64,000 nucleotides of DNA from Spirochaetota bacterium (GTDB taxonomy: Bacteria > Spirochaetota > UBA12135 > COTS27). Below the pieces are notes generated by a model that made no database searches, was not told where the DNA came from, and saw only the letters and a program-made list of their open reading frames with translations. The position numbers were made by a program, and so were the translations under genes. The stretch's first letter is position 1. The number at the start of each line of letters is the position of its first letter. Location: positions 51,922 to 115,921 of the forward strand of contig CBDFMP010000047.1 of the NCBI GenBank assembly GCA_965249715.1. Direction: 5' to 3'. This document shows positions 1 through 9,400 of the stretch, piece by piece.

Positions 1-483
1 TAAAAATGCCTTATCATTTTTGTTTTTTTGGCTGAGTTCAGCTATGTTTAACTTTTTTCTGATGGCTAAAGCTGTATCCTTTGGGTCGTCTTTAGTGGAA
101 AAGATTTTCAGCTCTCTTTCAATTTTAAAATCAGCTAGGCTGGCAAATGTCAGCAGGGAAAGAATTTTGCCCTGCATTTGCCCCACACATTTTTTATCTC
201 CTAGTTTTAGCTGATTGTTAAACTGCTTTTTTCTGAAGAAAATGCTGGCAGAACTTCGTTTTTCAAGCTGCTGAGGATCTGTGTAAAAAGATAAACCTTG
301 TGCGAATATTTTGTCAATTTTTTTCAGGTGCGATAACTTTAGCTCACCTGTAAAAATCTCCTCGCTGGTAATTTTTTTTTGTACACCGTCATTGACGACT
401 GTTAAAACCTCATCCTCCGTTAAGTTAAAATAGGAAGTGAGATATTTAAGTCTGTCAAGATTGATCTTTAATTTCTTAATCAT
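1..483 (-). CDS. hypothetical protein, N-terminal 161 codons only (continues past window start)
   Basis: ATG at 483-481 on the minus strand. Manual translation MIKKLKINLDRLKYLTSYFNLTEDEVLTVVNDGVQKK... runs without a stop to position 1. AT-rich. Absent from the ORF track because it is truncated. Confidence 0.45.
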   Translation of the reverse strand, partial: MIKKLKINLDRLKYLTSYFNLTEDEVLTVVNDGVQKKITSEEIFTGELKLSHLKKIDKIFAQGLSFYTDPQQLEKRSSASIFFRKKQFNNQLKLGDKKCVGQMQGKILSLLTFASLADFKIERELKIFSTKDDPKDTALAIRKKLNIAELSQKNKNDKAFL

Positions 484-665
484 TGTTTCAGTGGCTTATT
501 TGAAATTTTCAAGCTGCTTACAGTTATAACAAACATAATATAAAATATTTTTTCATGAAGCTATATTTGTAAAAATCCAGAAAAAATATGTGTTTAAATT
601 TTATCTGCGAATACTTATTATTGGTCAGCTCATGTTATAACTGAAAAATAATATGACACTCACAT

Positions 666-1421
666 TCAGTGCAGTACACCCCCTCCGTCCACGACCAATG
701 TTTGCCCGGTGATCATTCGACTCCAATCGCTCGCTAAAAAAAGCACGGCATTGGCGATGTCCTCAGGCATCAGCTCCTGCTTCAATGCCTGTTTTTTCAA
801 TGTGGCAGCGAGGACTTCAGTAGTAACATAAAGCTTGCGTTGTTTCTCGGTCATCACCCACCCGGGCATGACGGTATTGACGCGAATCTTGAACTCACCC
901 AATTCTCGCGCTAATGAGCGCGTCAAGCCTATTACACCTGCTTTGGCAACGGCATAAGTAGGGTATTCTGTAACGCCATTCATGAATCCACATGAACTGA
1001 AATTAATAATGCTGCCTGAAGCTTGTTTGCGCATGATGGCAGCGGCAGCTTGCGCAGCAAAAACTTGAACTTTCAAATTAATGTCTATCAGCTTATCCCA
1101 CTGCTCGCTGCTTAGCTCGCTGAGTGTATGGCGCATGTCATTGGCGGCATTGTTGACAAGGACGTGGATGCCTTGGTGGGCTTGCGCGACTTTATTGATT
1201 GTGGCATGTAGAAGTTGGGTATCGCAGAGATCGCCCGCAATAAATGTAGGGGATACAGCAGCAGCTTTAAGCTCTGCAACAAGGTTTTCGCCAGCTTGCC
1301 GTTGAAGATCCATAAATGCGACCTGTGCACCTGCTGTCGCAAATGCCCGCACAAGCTCGGCACCAATGCCGCTGGCACCGCCTGTTATAAAAACACTCTT
1401 TCTTTTCAGCGTCGCTAACAT
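666..1421 (-). CDS. short-chain dehydrogenase/reductase (SDR) family oxidoreductase
   Basis: 251 aa. N-terminal Rossmann motif TGGASGIGAELV. YAVAKAG matches the catalytic YxxxK. Typical SDR length. Confidence 0.85.
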   Translation of the reverse strand: MLATLKRKSVFITGGASGIGAELVRAFATAGAQVAFMDLQRQAGENLVAELKAAAVSPTFIAGDLCDTQLLHATINKVAQAHQGIHVLVNNAANDMRHTLSELSSEQWDKLIDINLKVQVFAAQAAAAIMRKQASGSIINFSSCGFMNGVTEYPTYAVAKAGVIGLTRSLARELGEFKIRVNTVMPGWVMTEKQRKLYVTTEVLAATLKKQALKQELMPEDIANAVLFLASDWSRMITGQTLVVDGGGVLH

Positions 1422-1463
1422 AGAGAAATAAAAATATAAATAATAGCTAAAAGTTTATTGACT

Positions 1464-2306
1464 TCAACGTTTCTGTGCGTAACGTCCTTCTTCATTGCCG
1501 CCGCCTGCTTCATCCAATAGCTTAGGGTAGGGGTAATCAAAACCCAGCAACTGCTTGAGTAACGGCGATGCCCCCGCTAAGACGCGCTGGGAAACGCCGT
1601 TTTTTTGATCTTCCATTGGTTTCACAAACTTAGGCAAGTACTGGATAAGAATAGCGCTTCTATCAATGTCTTTGCTGGTATTGGGCATAGCAGCGTGCCA
1701 ACATAACCCATTGAAAATAACAACGTCGCCGGGCACGCCTGTCATTCTTTCACAATGTTCGTAAAAGTATTGTTCAGCGACGGGGTATTCACACTTTGTT
1801 TGTGTATGGGGAATGAAGCCTGTGGCACCGCTTGCTGGTGTGAAGGGATCGAGCATTACTGTAACCTGACAATTCAATGGAAAACTTGCATTCATGTTCA
1901 TCGGAAAACTGGAACGTTTGTAAAAATCCCAATACGGATAGTCAATGTGCGGCTCCTGCCCAGGTCCTCCCGGTAAAATCCGATTGGCAGCAATGGAACC
2001 GAGACAAAATTCATCGCCTAAAAATGCTTTCATAATAGCGATAATCTCAGGGTGTTCCAGCATTTCAATAAAAACATCGCCTTTTTCCACCAAGTTCCAT
2101 ACGCGCCGCTGCAAATTCAATTTATCTTGATGTTTGCCGTGAAAGTGTGTGACCTTCTGAGTAGCGGTCTCAGAATATTGATGAATGAGCTTACGTGCCT
2201 TAGCGATGCTCGCTTGACTGAAAGCATTGCGAATGTACACGTAACCTTTGCCGCTGAATAATTCCTGCGCTGCTTGTGCTGCAGACTTTTGTTTGTTTGT
2301 TTCCAT
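1464..2306 (-). CDS. PhyH-like Fe(II)/2-oxoglutarate dioxygenase (phytanoyl-CoA dioxygenase family)
   Basis: 280 aa. HID (HxD) iron-binding motif. Downstream VVIFNGLCWHAAMPNTS...R fits the second His and Arg of the PhyH fold. Co-directional with the SDR gene. Confidence 0.55.
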   Translation of the reverse strand: METNKQKSAAQAAQELFSGKGYVYIRNAFSQASIAKARKLIHQYSETATQKVTHFHGKHQDKLNLQRRVWNLVEKGDVFIEMLEHPEIIAIMKAFLGDEFCLGSIAANRILPGGPGQEPHIDYPYWDFYKRSSFPMNMNASFPLNCQVTVMLDPFTPASGATGFIPHTQTKCEYPVAEQYFYEHCERMTGVPGDVVIFNGLCWHAAMPNTSKDIDRSAILIQYLPKFVKPMEDQKNGVSQRVLAGASPLLKQLLGFDYPYPKLLDEAGGGNEEGRYAQKR

Positions 2307-2402
2307 AAAAGTTATTATGTTATGTTCTCAAGCAATGTTTAGCCTGTTAGTATTGTTCCAGCGAGGGTATTTGTTTAACGATAGCTGGTATTCAAATAGC
2401 TG

Positions 2403-2431
2403 TTGACAAAATAAGCTTACTACAATATAAT
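2403..2431 (+). promoter_or_regulatory. near-consensus sigma70-type promoter (TTGACA-17 nt-TATAAT)
   Basis: ttgaca aaataagcttactacaa tataat is read directly. It points toward tRNA-Thr about 300 nt downstream. Confidence 0.35.
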
Positions 2432-2738
2432 TATATACTTATGGTAAAGTTGTTTCTCAAAATTTAAATTTTTGTGATTTTTTTAGCTGGAAATGTTGTG
2501 GATTACTCTAATAGTTGCTGGTTTTTTCGTAAATTAGCTCAAGATAACGGCTGAAATAACTCAATTTCTTAAATTTTTTTTATTGTTGCGATTGTTAGTT
2601 GGTTTTTAGAGTATAATATACGTTCTAGGCTCAGCATTGATGTTTGTGTTGTGTGCGTTTGATGCTGAGCATCGTCGCAGGTAAGAAACTGCATCTGCCG
2701 AAGGAGACTGGATCTTAGGTTCTCTCATGTTCGTATCT

Positions 2739-2811
2739 GCCCACATAGCTCAGTTGGTAGAGCACTTGCATGGTAAGCAAGAGGTCAGCAGTTCGACCCT
2801 GCTTGTGGGCT
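2739..2811 (+). tRNA. tRNA-Thr (anticodon GGT)
   Basis: 73-nt cloverleaf. Acceptor GCCCACA/TGTGGGC, D-arm GCTC..GAGC, anticodon stem CTTGC/GCAAG with loop ATGGTAA, T-arm AGCAG-TTCGACC-CTGCT. No CCA is encoded. Confidence 0.9.
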
Positions 2812-2870
2812 TACTGAGTGAGCGTGAGCTTTTTGTTAAGCTGGTGTTGTCATTTGTCTAGGGTGCATTG

Positions 2871-2907
2871 CTTGTTATAACAAAATAAACCATGTTGTTA
2901 TAACAAG
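2871..2907. repeat. two copies of the perfect 12-bp palindrome TTGTTATAACAA separated by 11 nt, followed by a T-rich run (hairpin, terminator or operator-like)
   Basis: cttgttataacaa aataaaccatg ttgttataacaag tttt. The two copies together also form a 13-bp inverted repeat. Confidence 0.4.
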
Positions 2908-2963
2908 TTTTACTTTTCGGGTGTTAATTAACTAGAAGTCAAGGAACTGTCACACATAAAACT

Positions 2964-3039
2964 GGGCCAGTAGCTCCAATTGGTAGAGCCATGGACTCCA
3001 ACTCCGTGTGTTGTGAGGGTTCGAATCCTTCCTGGCCCG
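2964..3039 (+). tRNA. tRNA-Trp (anticodon CCA)
   Basis: Acceptor GGGCCAG/CTGGCCC, D-arm GCTC-CAATTGGTA-GAGC, anticodon stem ATGGA/TCCGT with loop CTCCAAC, T-loop TTCGAAT. The exact 3' end and variable-loop length are uncertain. Confidence 0.85.
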
Positions 3040-3076
3040 TTTGGCTGCATAGAATAAGGTATTATTTGTTTTCATT

Positions 3077-3376
3077 ATGAAAAAACTCATCAAATTTTTA
3101 AAGGAAGTTCGTGTCGAAATAAAAGATAAGACTACCTGGCCATCGCGTGATGACGCCCTCAATACCACTGTTGTTGTTGCAATGTCCATTGTGATTATTT
3201 CGGCGATGCTTTATTTGGTAGATATTGTTTCATCTACTGCTATCCAATTTATTGTGGTTGAGCGTGTGAATCAACTTAAGGTTTTTGTGAATGAGTTTAC
3301 GTTTATTCTTTTGGCAGCTATTATGTTGGGCAGTGTCGTTATTTATAGTCGTATCAAGGCGCGCATGTTGCGCTGA
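3077..3376 (+). CDS. secE: preprotein translocase subunit SecE
   Basis: 99 aa. KTTWPSRDD resembles the SecE K-V-x-W-P signature, followed by a single hydrophobic helix. It lies immediately upstream of nusG. Confidence 0.8.
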   Translation: MKKLIKFLKEVRVEIKDKTTWPSRDDALNTTVVVAMSIVIISAMLYLVDIVSSTAIQFIVVERVNQLKVFVNEFTFILLAAIMLGSVVIYSRIKARMLR

Positions 3377-3448
3377 GAGAAGTTATTGCAGTATATTGGG
3401 ATCACGCTGAAAAAAACTTAGTGAGTTTGATAAGGCAAAGCAGGATTT

Positions 3449-4006
3449 ATGGCAACCACGCAGGCAAGCAGTACCGCTTATAAATGGTTTGTGGTGCATA
3501 CGCAGGCAGGTAAGGAGTTTTCTGCCAAAAAATCGCTTGAGAACAGGATGCAGGAAGAGAATATAGAGGGTATTAAAGAAATCATTGTACCAGTCTATCA
3601 TGAGACGATTTATAAAAACGGTAAAAAAAAGAAGGTTGAAAAAAAATCTTTCCCAGGATATATCTGTGTGCAGATGATCATGGATGTTTTTTTAAAAAGT
3701 TTTGTTCGTGAAACTCCTTATATTACAAATTTTCTGGCTCAAGGAAGAGGCGAACCCATGCCCTTGGCGGAGAGTGAGATTAATGCCATCATCAGTAAGG
3801 GGCAGGAAGAAACAACGGAAGTTGTTTCCATGCAGATGGACTTTGATGTAGGGCAGAAAGTGTTGATTGTTGATGGGCCTTTTAATAATTTTACGGGAAC
3901 AGTGACGGCTGTCTTTCCAGATAAAGGCAAGGTTAATGTGAATATTGAAATTTTTGGACGCGAAACGCCCGTTGAAATAGATTATTATAAAGTGAAGAAA
4001 AACTAG
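3449..4006 (+). CDS. nusG: transcription termination/antitermination factor NusG
   Basis: 185 aa. N-terminal NGN domain (WFVVHTQAGKE) and a C-terminal KOW-like segment. Conserved position between secE and rplK. Confidence 0.9.
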   Translation: MATTQASSTAYKWFVVHTQAGKEFSAKKSLENRMQEENIEGIKEIIVPVYHETIYKNGKKKKVEKKSFPGYICVQMIMDVFLKSFVRETPYITNFLAQGRGEPMPLAESEINAIISKGQEETTEVVSMQMDFDVGQKVLIVDGPFNNFTGTVTAVFPDKGKVNVNIEIFGRETPVEIDYYKVKKN

Positions 4007-4023
4007 GTTGTTGGTGATGTTGT

Positions 4024-4458
4024 ATGAGTAAGCCCGTTCAGAAAAAAGTTAAATTGCAAATAGAAGCCACTAAGGCGACACCGGCACCTCCGGTGGGAAC
4101 CGCTTTAGGCCCCACTGGCATTAATATGATGAAATTTTGTAAAGAGTTTAATGAAAGGACCAAAGATAGTGCCGGCATGATCATACCGGTGGTGGTGAGT
4201 ATTTATGGGGATAAAAGTTACAGTTTTGATTTGCGTTCCCCGCCGGCGGCTGTATTGATAAAAAAAGCACTTGGCATTGAGAAGGGCTCTAATGAACCCA
4301 ATAAAAATAAGGTAGCAAGCATTACCCACCAACAGTTGGCGGACATTGCTAAACTTAAACAGCATGACCTGAACGCAAACGATGTTGAGGCTGCCTGCAA
4401 AATTATTGCTGGTACGGCACGCAGTATGGGTGTGACTGTGGTGGCAGGTGAAGCTTGA
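4024..4458 (+). CDS. rplK: 50S ribosomal protein L11
   Basis: 144 aa. The [24 protein letters not shown] motif is typical of L11. Confidence 0.95.
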   Translation: MSKPVQKKVKLQIEATKATPAPPVGTALGPTGINMMKFCKEFNERTKDSAGMIIPVVVSIYGDKSYSFDLRSPPAAVLIKKALGIEKGSNEPNKNKVASITHQQLADIAKLKQHDLNANDVEAACKIIAGTARSMGVTVVAGEA

Positions 4459-5137
4459 TATGAGTAAAAAAGCAAGTAAACGTTATCGCGCGTTGCCGGT
4501 GGTTAGCGGTGAGCATGGGGTTGAGTCGGCGTTGCAGCAGGTGTTAAAACAAGCTAATGTTAAATTCGATGAAAATGTAGAAATGGCGATTGCGCTTAAT
4601 CTGCTAAAAAAACACGTTGTGCGGGATACAATGGTTCTGCCGCATAGCTTCGGTAAGGCAAAACGCGTGGTCGTGTTTGCAAAAGACAAACGTGCCGATG
4701 CGGCTAGTGCCGCGGGGGCGGATCACGTAGGTGGCGCTGAGTTGATCGATAAAATTAAGGGCGGTTGGCTGGATTTTGATGTGGCGATTGCTGCACCCGA
4801 TATGATGCGTGAGCTTGCGCGCATTGCGCAACTGCTGGGTACGCGCGGGTTGATGCCCTCGCCAAAAGCCAAAACCGTCACGCCCAATGTAGCGGAAGCT
4901 GTCAAAGCTGTCAAGGCTGGACGGCGCGAGTTTCGTGCGAATGGCGATGGGGTGCTTAATTTTGTAATCGGTAAAAAATCAATGCCCGTAGACGCTCTGC
5001 TTGAAAATGCACGTGTTTTTTACGAGGCTGTTTTGAAGGGAAAACCCGCGGACTTGAAAGGGGACTACATTCGTTCACTCTACGTGACCACGACAATGGG
5101 GCGTTCCATTAAGCTGGCTGCGCGCGCGTTGTTTTAG
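4448..5137 (+). CDS. rplA: 50S ribosomal protein L1
   Basis: 229 aa. Overlaps the rplK stop by 11 nt. L1-like sequence throughout. Confidence 0.95.
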   Translation: MKLDMSKKASKRYRALPVVSGEHGVESALQQVLKQANVKFDENVEMAIALNLLKKHVVRDTMVLPHSFGKAKRVVVFAKDKRADAASAAGADHVGGAELIDKIKGGWLDFDVAIAAPDMMRELARIAQLLGTRGLMPSPKAKTVTPNVAEAVKAVKAGRREFRANGDGVLNFVIGKKSMPVDALLENARVFYEAVLKGKPADLKGDYIRSLYVTTTMGRSIKLAARALF

Positions 5138-5231
5138 CATCCGCTCGCAATTTTTTAAAATAGCGTTAAGTTTGTGGGAGTGTGCTGACCTTTGTTGTGA
5201 TTGTGTTGGATGAGGTAAAAGTTAAACTGTT

Positions 5232-5771
5232 ATGACAAAATCTACTGTAAAAGCTGAATTGGTAGCGAATTTCGCTGAGAGCTTGGCGGGCAAGTCGCTT
5301 ATCTTTTTTGACTACAAGGGTATAGATGTTTTGAGTCTTACCGAGCTGCGTCAACAATGCCGCGAGCATGGAAGTCGCATAAAGATATTTAAGAATACAC
5401 TGCTTAAACGCGCGCTCACCAAACAGAAGCTGTCCTTAACCGATGATAATATACTCAGCGGCATGACAGCAATAGTGATTGCGGACGCTGATGTGTTCAG
5501 CGCTTGCGGCAAGGCCTTGCTGGTGGCTGAAAAGCGCAAGCACCTTGTTATTAAGGGCGGGATTCATGAGGCAGCAGCTGTCGATGCCGTTGCAGTGCGG
5601 TATTTTGCAAAAATACCCAGTCGTACGGAGCTTTATGGCATGTTGGTCGGGGCATTGGAAGGTATCGTGAATAATCTGGTGGTGGCACTGACACAGGTGG
5701 CGGAGAAAAAACAAGCTCAGTCGCCTGAAACGGCAGCTGCCGTAAAGCCCGACGCCGATGCGCAGGTGTAG
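5232..5771 (+). CDS. rplJ: 50S ribosomal protein L10
   Basis: 179 aa. L10-like N-terminus. Preceded by a 94-nt leader, the usual site of L10-L12 autoregulation in other bacteria. Confidence 0.9.
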   Translation: MTKSTVKAELVANFAESLAGKSLIFFDYKGIDVLSLTELRQQCREHGSRIKIFKNTLLKRALTKQKLSLTDDNILSGMTAIVIADADVFSACGKALLVAEKRKHLVIKGGIHEAAAVDAVAVRYFAKIPSRTELYGMLVGALEGIVNNLVVALTQVAEKKQAQSPETAAAVKPDADAQV

Positions 5772-5889
5772 GAGTTTAGCTTGTGCAAAACTGTATTGTT
5801 TGCCTTTGTGGCGATTGATTTTTGGATTTAACTTAAATTTTATTTTTTATTTATTGCATGTTGATTGTATGAACAGGAGGAGAGCTTAA

Positions 5890-6258
5890 ATGGCACTCAC
5901 AAAAGAAGATTTTGTAAAAGAAATAGAAACCATGTCTGTGAGTCAGCTGCATGAGCTGGTGGAGACAATTAAAGAGCGGTTTAATGTGACAGGTGCTGTG
6001 GCAGTAGCTGCTGCTGCAGGTGATGCTGATGCTCAAGAAGCAGCTAAAAGTTCTTTTGATGTGGTGTTGAAAGAAACTGGAGCTAATAAAATTGCTGTCA
6101 TTAAAGTGATTCGTACTGCACTGAATATTGGGCTTATTGACGCGAAAAAATTGGCAGAAGAAGTAGGTGCTGTCATTAAGCAAGCTTTGGCTAAAGATGA
6201 AGCGCAGGAGCTGAAGGCTAAGCTGGAAGGCGCCGGTGCGGTTATTGAACTTAAGTAA
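5890..6258 (+). CDS. rplL: 50S ribosomal protein L7/L12
   Basis: 122 aa. Ala-rich hinge followed by the conserved C-terminal domain (KIAVIKVIRTALNIGLIDAKKLAEE...). Confidence 0.95.
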   Translation: MALTKEDFVKEIETMSVSQLHELVETIKERFNVTGAVAVAAAAGDADAQEAAKSSFDVVLKETGANKIAVIKVIRTALNIGLIDAKKLAEEVGAVIKQALAKDEAQELKAKLEGAGAVIELK

Positions 6259-6342
6259 TTGGTTTAAACTGTTCTTGCCGTTAGGGTTGGTACGGTTTTG
6301 TTGAAGCCTATTTTAATGATAGGCGCGACAGCGTGCAGCTTA

Positions 6343-6365
6343 CTCAGCGTCATGATGACGCTGAG
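6343..6365 (+). terminator. perfect 11-bp-stem hairpin in the rplL-rpoB spacer (putative attenuator or processing site)
   Basis: ctcagcgtcat g atgacgctgag. No strong U-tract follows. E. coli has a partial terminator and RNase III site at the equivalent position. Confidence 0.3.
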
Positions 6366-6453
6366 TGTTGATAACATATGATGTGGCTGGGCGTGTTTAG
6401 AAATATAATAAACTACTTGGTGGTTTAAAAAAAAACAGTCAAAGGAGGCCGTT

Positions 6454-9400
6454 TTGGAATCATTAGTTGCATCTCCTGCTGAAAAATCTAAAGTTGCCGT
6501 CAGTAGTGTGACGGTATTGCAAAAGCGTATGGCTGCCGGTTTTCCAGCTGGAGTCAATAATCGTATTTCTTTACAGAAGCGGGAAGGAAAAGACCTCCTG
6601 CCTATGCTTAATGAAACGCAGATAAACAGCTTTAAAGATTTTTTTCAGGAAGATATTCCGTTTGAAAAACGTCGGAACATTGGTTTACAGTACCTTTTTA
6701 AGTCCACGTTTCCATTTGAGTCCAGTGACGGCAAGGTGCGGCTGGAAGCTGATTATTACAAGGTTGGCAGCCGTTCCTTTTTGCCTGAAGAGGCGCTAGA
6801 AAAGGATAAAAGCTACACGGTGCAAGTTAGGGCCCTGGTTAAACTGTTTATTAAAGCCACCGGTGAGATTAAAGAGCAGGAAGTCTTTATTTGTGATATT
6901 CCTTATATGACTACGCAGGGAACCTTTATTATTAATGGTGCCGAACGTGTGGTAATCTCTCAGATTCATAGGAGCCCTGGCGTTATCTTTGATTATAATG
7001 AGCGCTTGGGGATTTATCACTCGCGGATTATTCCCGATAAGGGACCTTGGCTGGAATTTGAAATTATTCGCGATGTGTTTTATGTGCGCATCGATCGCAA
7101 AGCGCGTGTATTGCTGAGTGTTTTTCTTTCTGCATTGGGAATAGAAACGCGCGAGGATTTTATAGCCTTATTTCTTATTGCAGAAGAACAGAAAATTCCT
7201 GCTACGCTTGCCACCAAGGCGCGCGAAGTATTTATTGAAAGTTTGCTGGAACGGCGTGTTTTTACAGACTTAAAACGCTCAACAGACTCAGCTGAAGAAG
7301 AAAAACCTACGTATATTGTGCGTGCAGGCGATCGCCTGACAGAAGAACATCTGGAAGCAATTCTTGCAGCAGACTTTAAGCAACTCTCGCTCATTTCAGA
7401 GGAGAGTCTTGAAAAATATCAGTCCATTATCAACACGTTAGAGAAAGAGCCGGAATTTATGACGCAGGAAGATGCTTGTAAGTGGCTGCATCATATTATT
7501 AAGGGCAGTCATGCGGCTTCCGGCGCTGTTGCAATTAAAGAGGTTATTCCGTGTTTTCACTGCGAGACTTGTGAAGAAAAATGGCTGCAAATAAATTATA
7601 TGGATGTGAAAAAATGTCCAAGTTGCGGTAGTGAAAAATGGTTGCGCGTCGATAGATCTGTATTTTTTCATCCAGCTAACTATTCACTGGGTGAAGTCGG
7701 GCGTTATAAAATTGACAAAAAGTTTGGCAGTGATTTAGCTTCGCTTGCCATTACACTAGAAGATGTGCTCAATACGGTGCGCTACTTGCTCAATGTTAAA
7801 AACAATGAAGTTCCTGTTGATGATATTGATCACCTCGGCAATCGTCGTATTCGTTCCGTGGGCGAACAGCTGGTCAATCATCTTAAACCTTGTTTTGTGC
7901 GGATGGAGCGTTTGGCTAAGGATCGCATTACCATCCAGAATCACAGCACACTCACGCCGCAGAATCTTATTTCTGTTAAACCTATTGCCGGCGGCATTAA
8001 TGAATTTTTCGGCACCTCGCAGTTGTCACAGTTCATGGATCAAACCAATCCCTTGTCTTCTGTTACGCATAAGCGGCGCTTGAGTGCGCTGGGGCCTGGC
8101 GGTGTCACACGCGAGCGCGCCGGGTTCGAAGTACGCGATATTCACTACACACACTATTCACGCATGTGCCTTATAGAAACACCAGAAGGCCCCAATATTG
8201 GTCTCATTGTTTCACTGGCTTCGCATGCGCGCATCAATCCCTTTGGTTTCATCGAAGCACCGTATTATAAGGTGAAAGCTGGAAAGGTGACGGGGCAGAT
8301 AGAATATCTCTCAGCTATCGAAGAAGATCGTTTTGCTGTCGCGCCTATTGGCGTCCCAGTCGATGACAATGGCAAACTGCAAGCGGAAATGGTCCCTGTT
8401 AGAAAACGCGGCAATTATCCCATGCACTATGCCAAAGATGTCGATTATATGGATGTCGCCGCCAATCAAATTATATCGCTTTCAGCTTCATTGATCCCTT
8501 TTTTGGAACATGATGATGCTAATAGGGCGCTTATGGGCTGCAATATGATGCGTCAGGCTGTGCCGCTTTTGTTTCCACAGGCACCGATTGTGGGCACGGG
8601 CTTGGAGCATGTGATCGCGCGTTCTTCAGGATTTTGCAAGTTGGCGACGCGTGCAGGTACGGTAAAATACGTCGATAATGAGCGGATAGAATTGGCGGTA
8701 GGCGAGGAACTGATAGATGTTTATCGCATGAAAAAAACCAGCCGCACAAATCAGGATACGTTCTATAATCAACGTCCGCAAGTCATCCCCGGGGAAAAAG
8801 TAGAAGAAGGTAAAATTCTCTCCAGTGGTCCGGCTATTGTAGACGGAGATCTAGCATTGGGACGTAATGTTCTTGTGGCTTTCATGACTTGGGAGGGCTA
8901 TAATTACGAAGATGCCATCCTCATGAGTGAGAGCCTGCTTAAAGAAGATGCTTTTACATCTATTCATATTGAGGAACTGGATGTGGAGGCGCGTGAAACT
9001 AAACTGGGCATGGAAACCATCACGCGCGATATTCCCAATATCAGTGATGAAGATTATCGTGAGCTGGATGAGCGCGGAATTGTCAACATTGGTACGCGCG
9101 TCAAGTCCGGTAATATCTTAGTCGGCAAACTCACGCCTAAAAGTGTGACCGATACAACACCTGAATTCCGTTTGTTGTATTCTATTTTTGGCGAAAAAGC
9201 AAAAGATGCCAAAGATTCTTCCTTGCGTGTTCCCCACGGTACAGAAGGAATTGTTGTGGGTGTGCGCCACTACACGCGTGAGAATAGAGATGACCTGAGA
9301 CCGGGAACCTTGCAGAAAGTTAAGATTTATCTCGCCAAAAAACGCCGCTTGCGTGAAGGTGATAAATTTGCCGGACGCCATGGCAATAAGGGCATTGTCT

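Noticed and set aside
2812-2963. Expected tuf (EF-Tu) gene between tRNA-Thr and tRNA-Trp
   Set aside because: Only ~150 bp separate the two tRNAs. tuf must be elsewhere, so no feature is called here.
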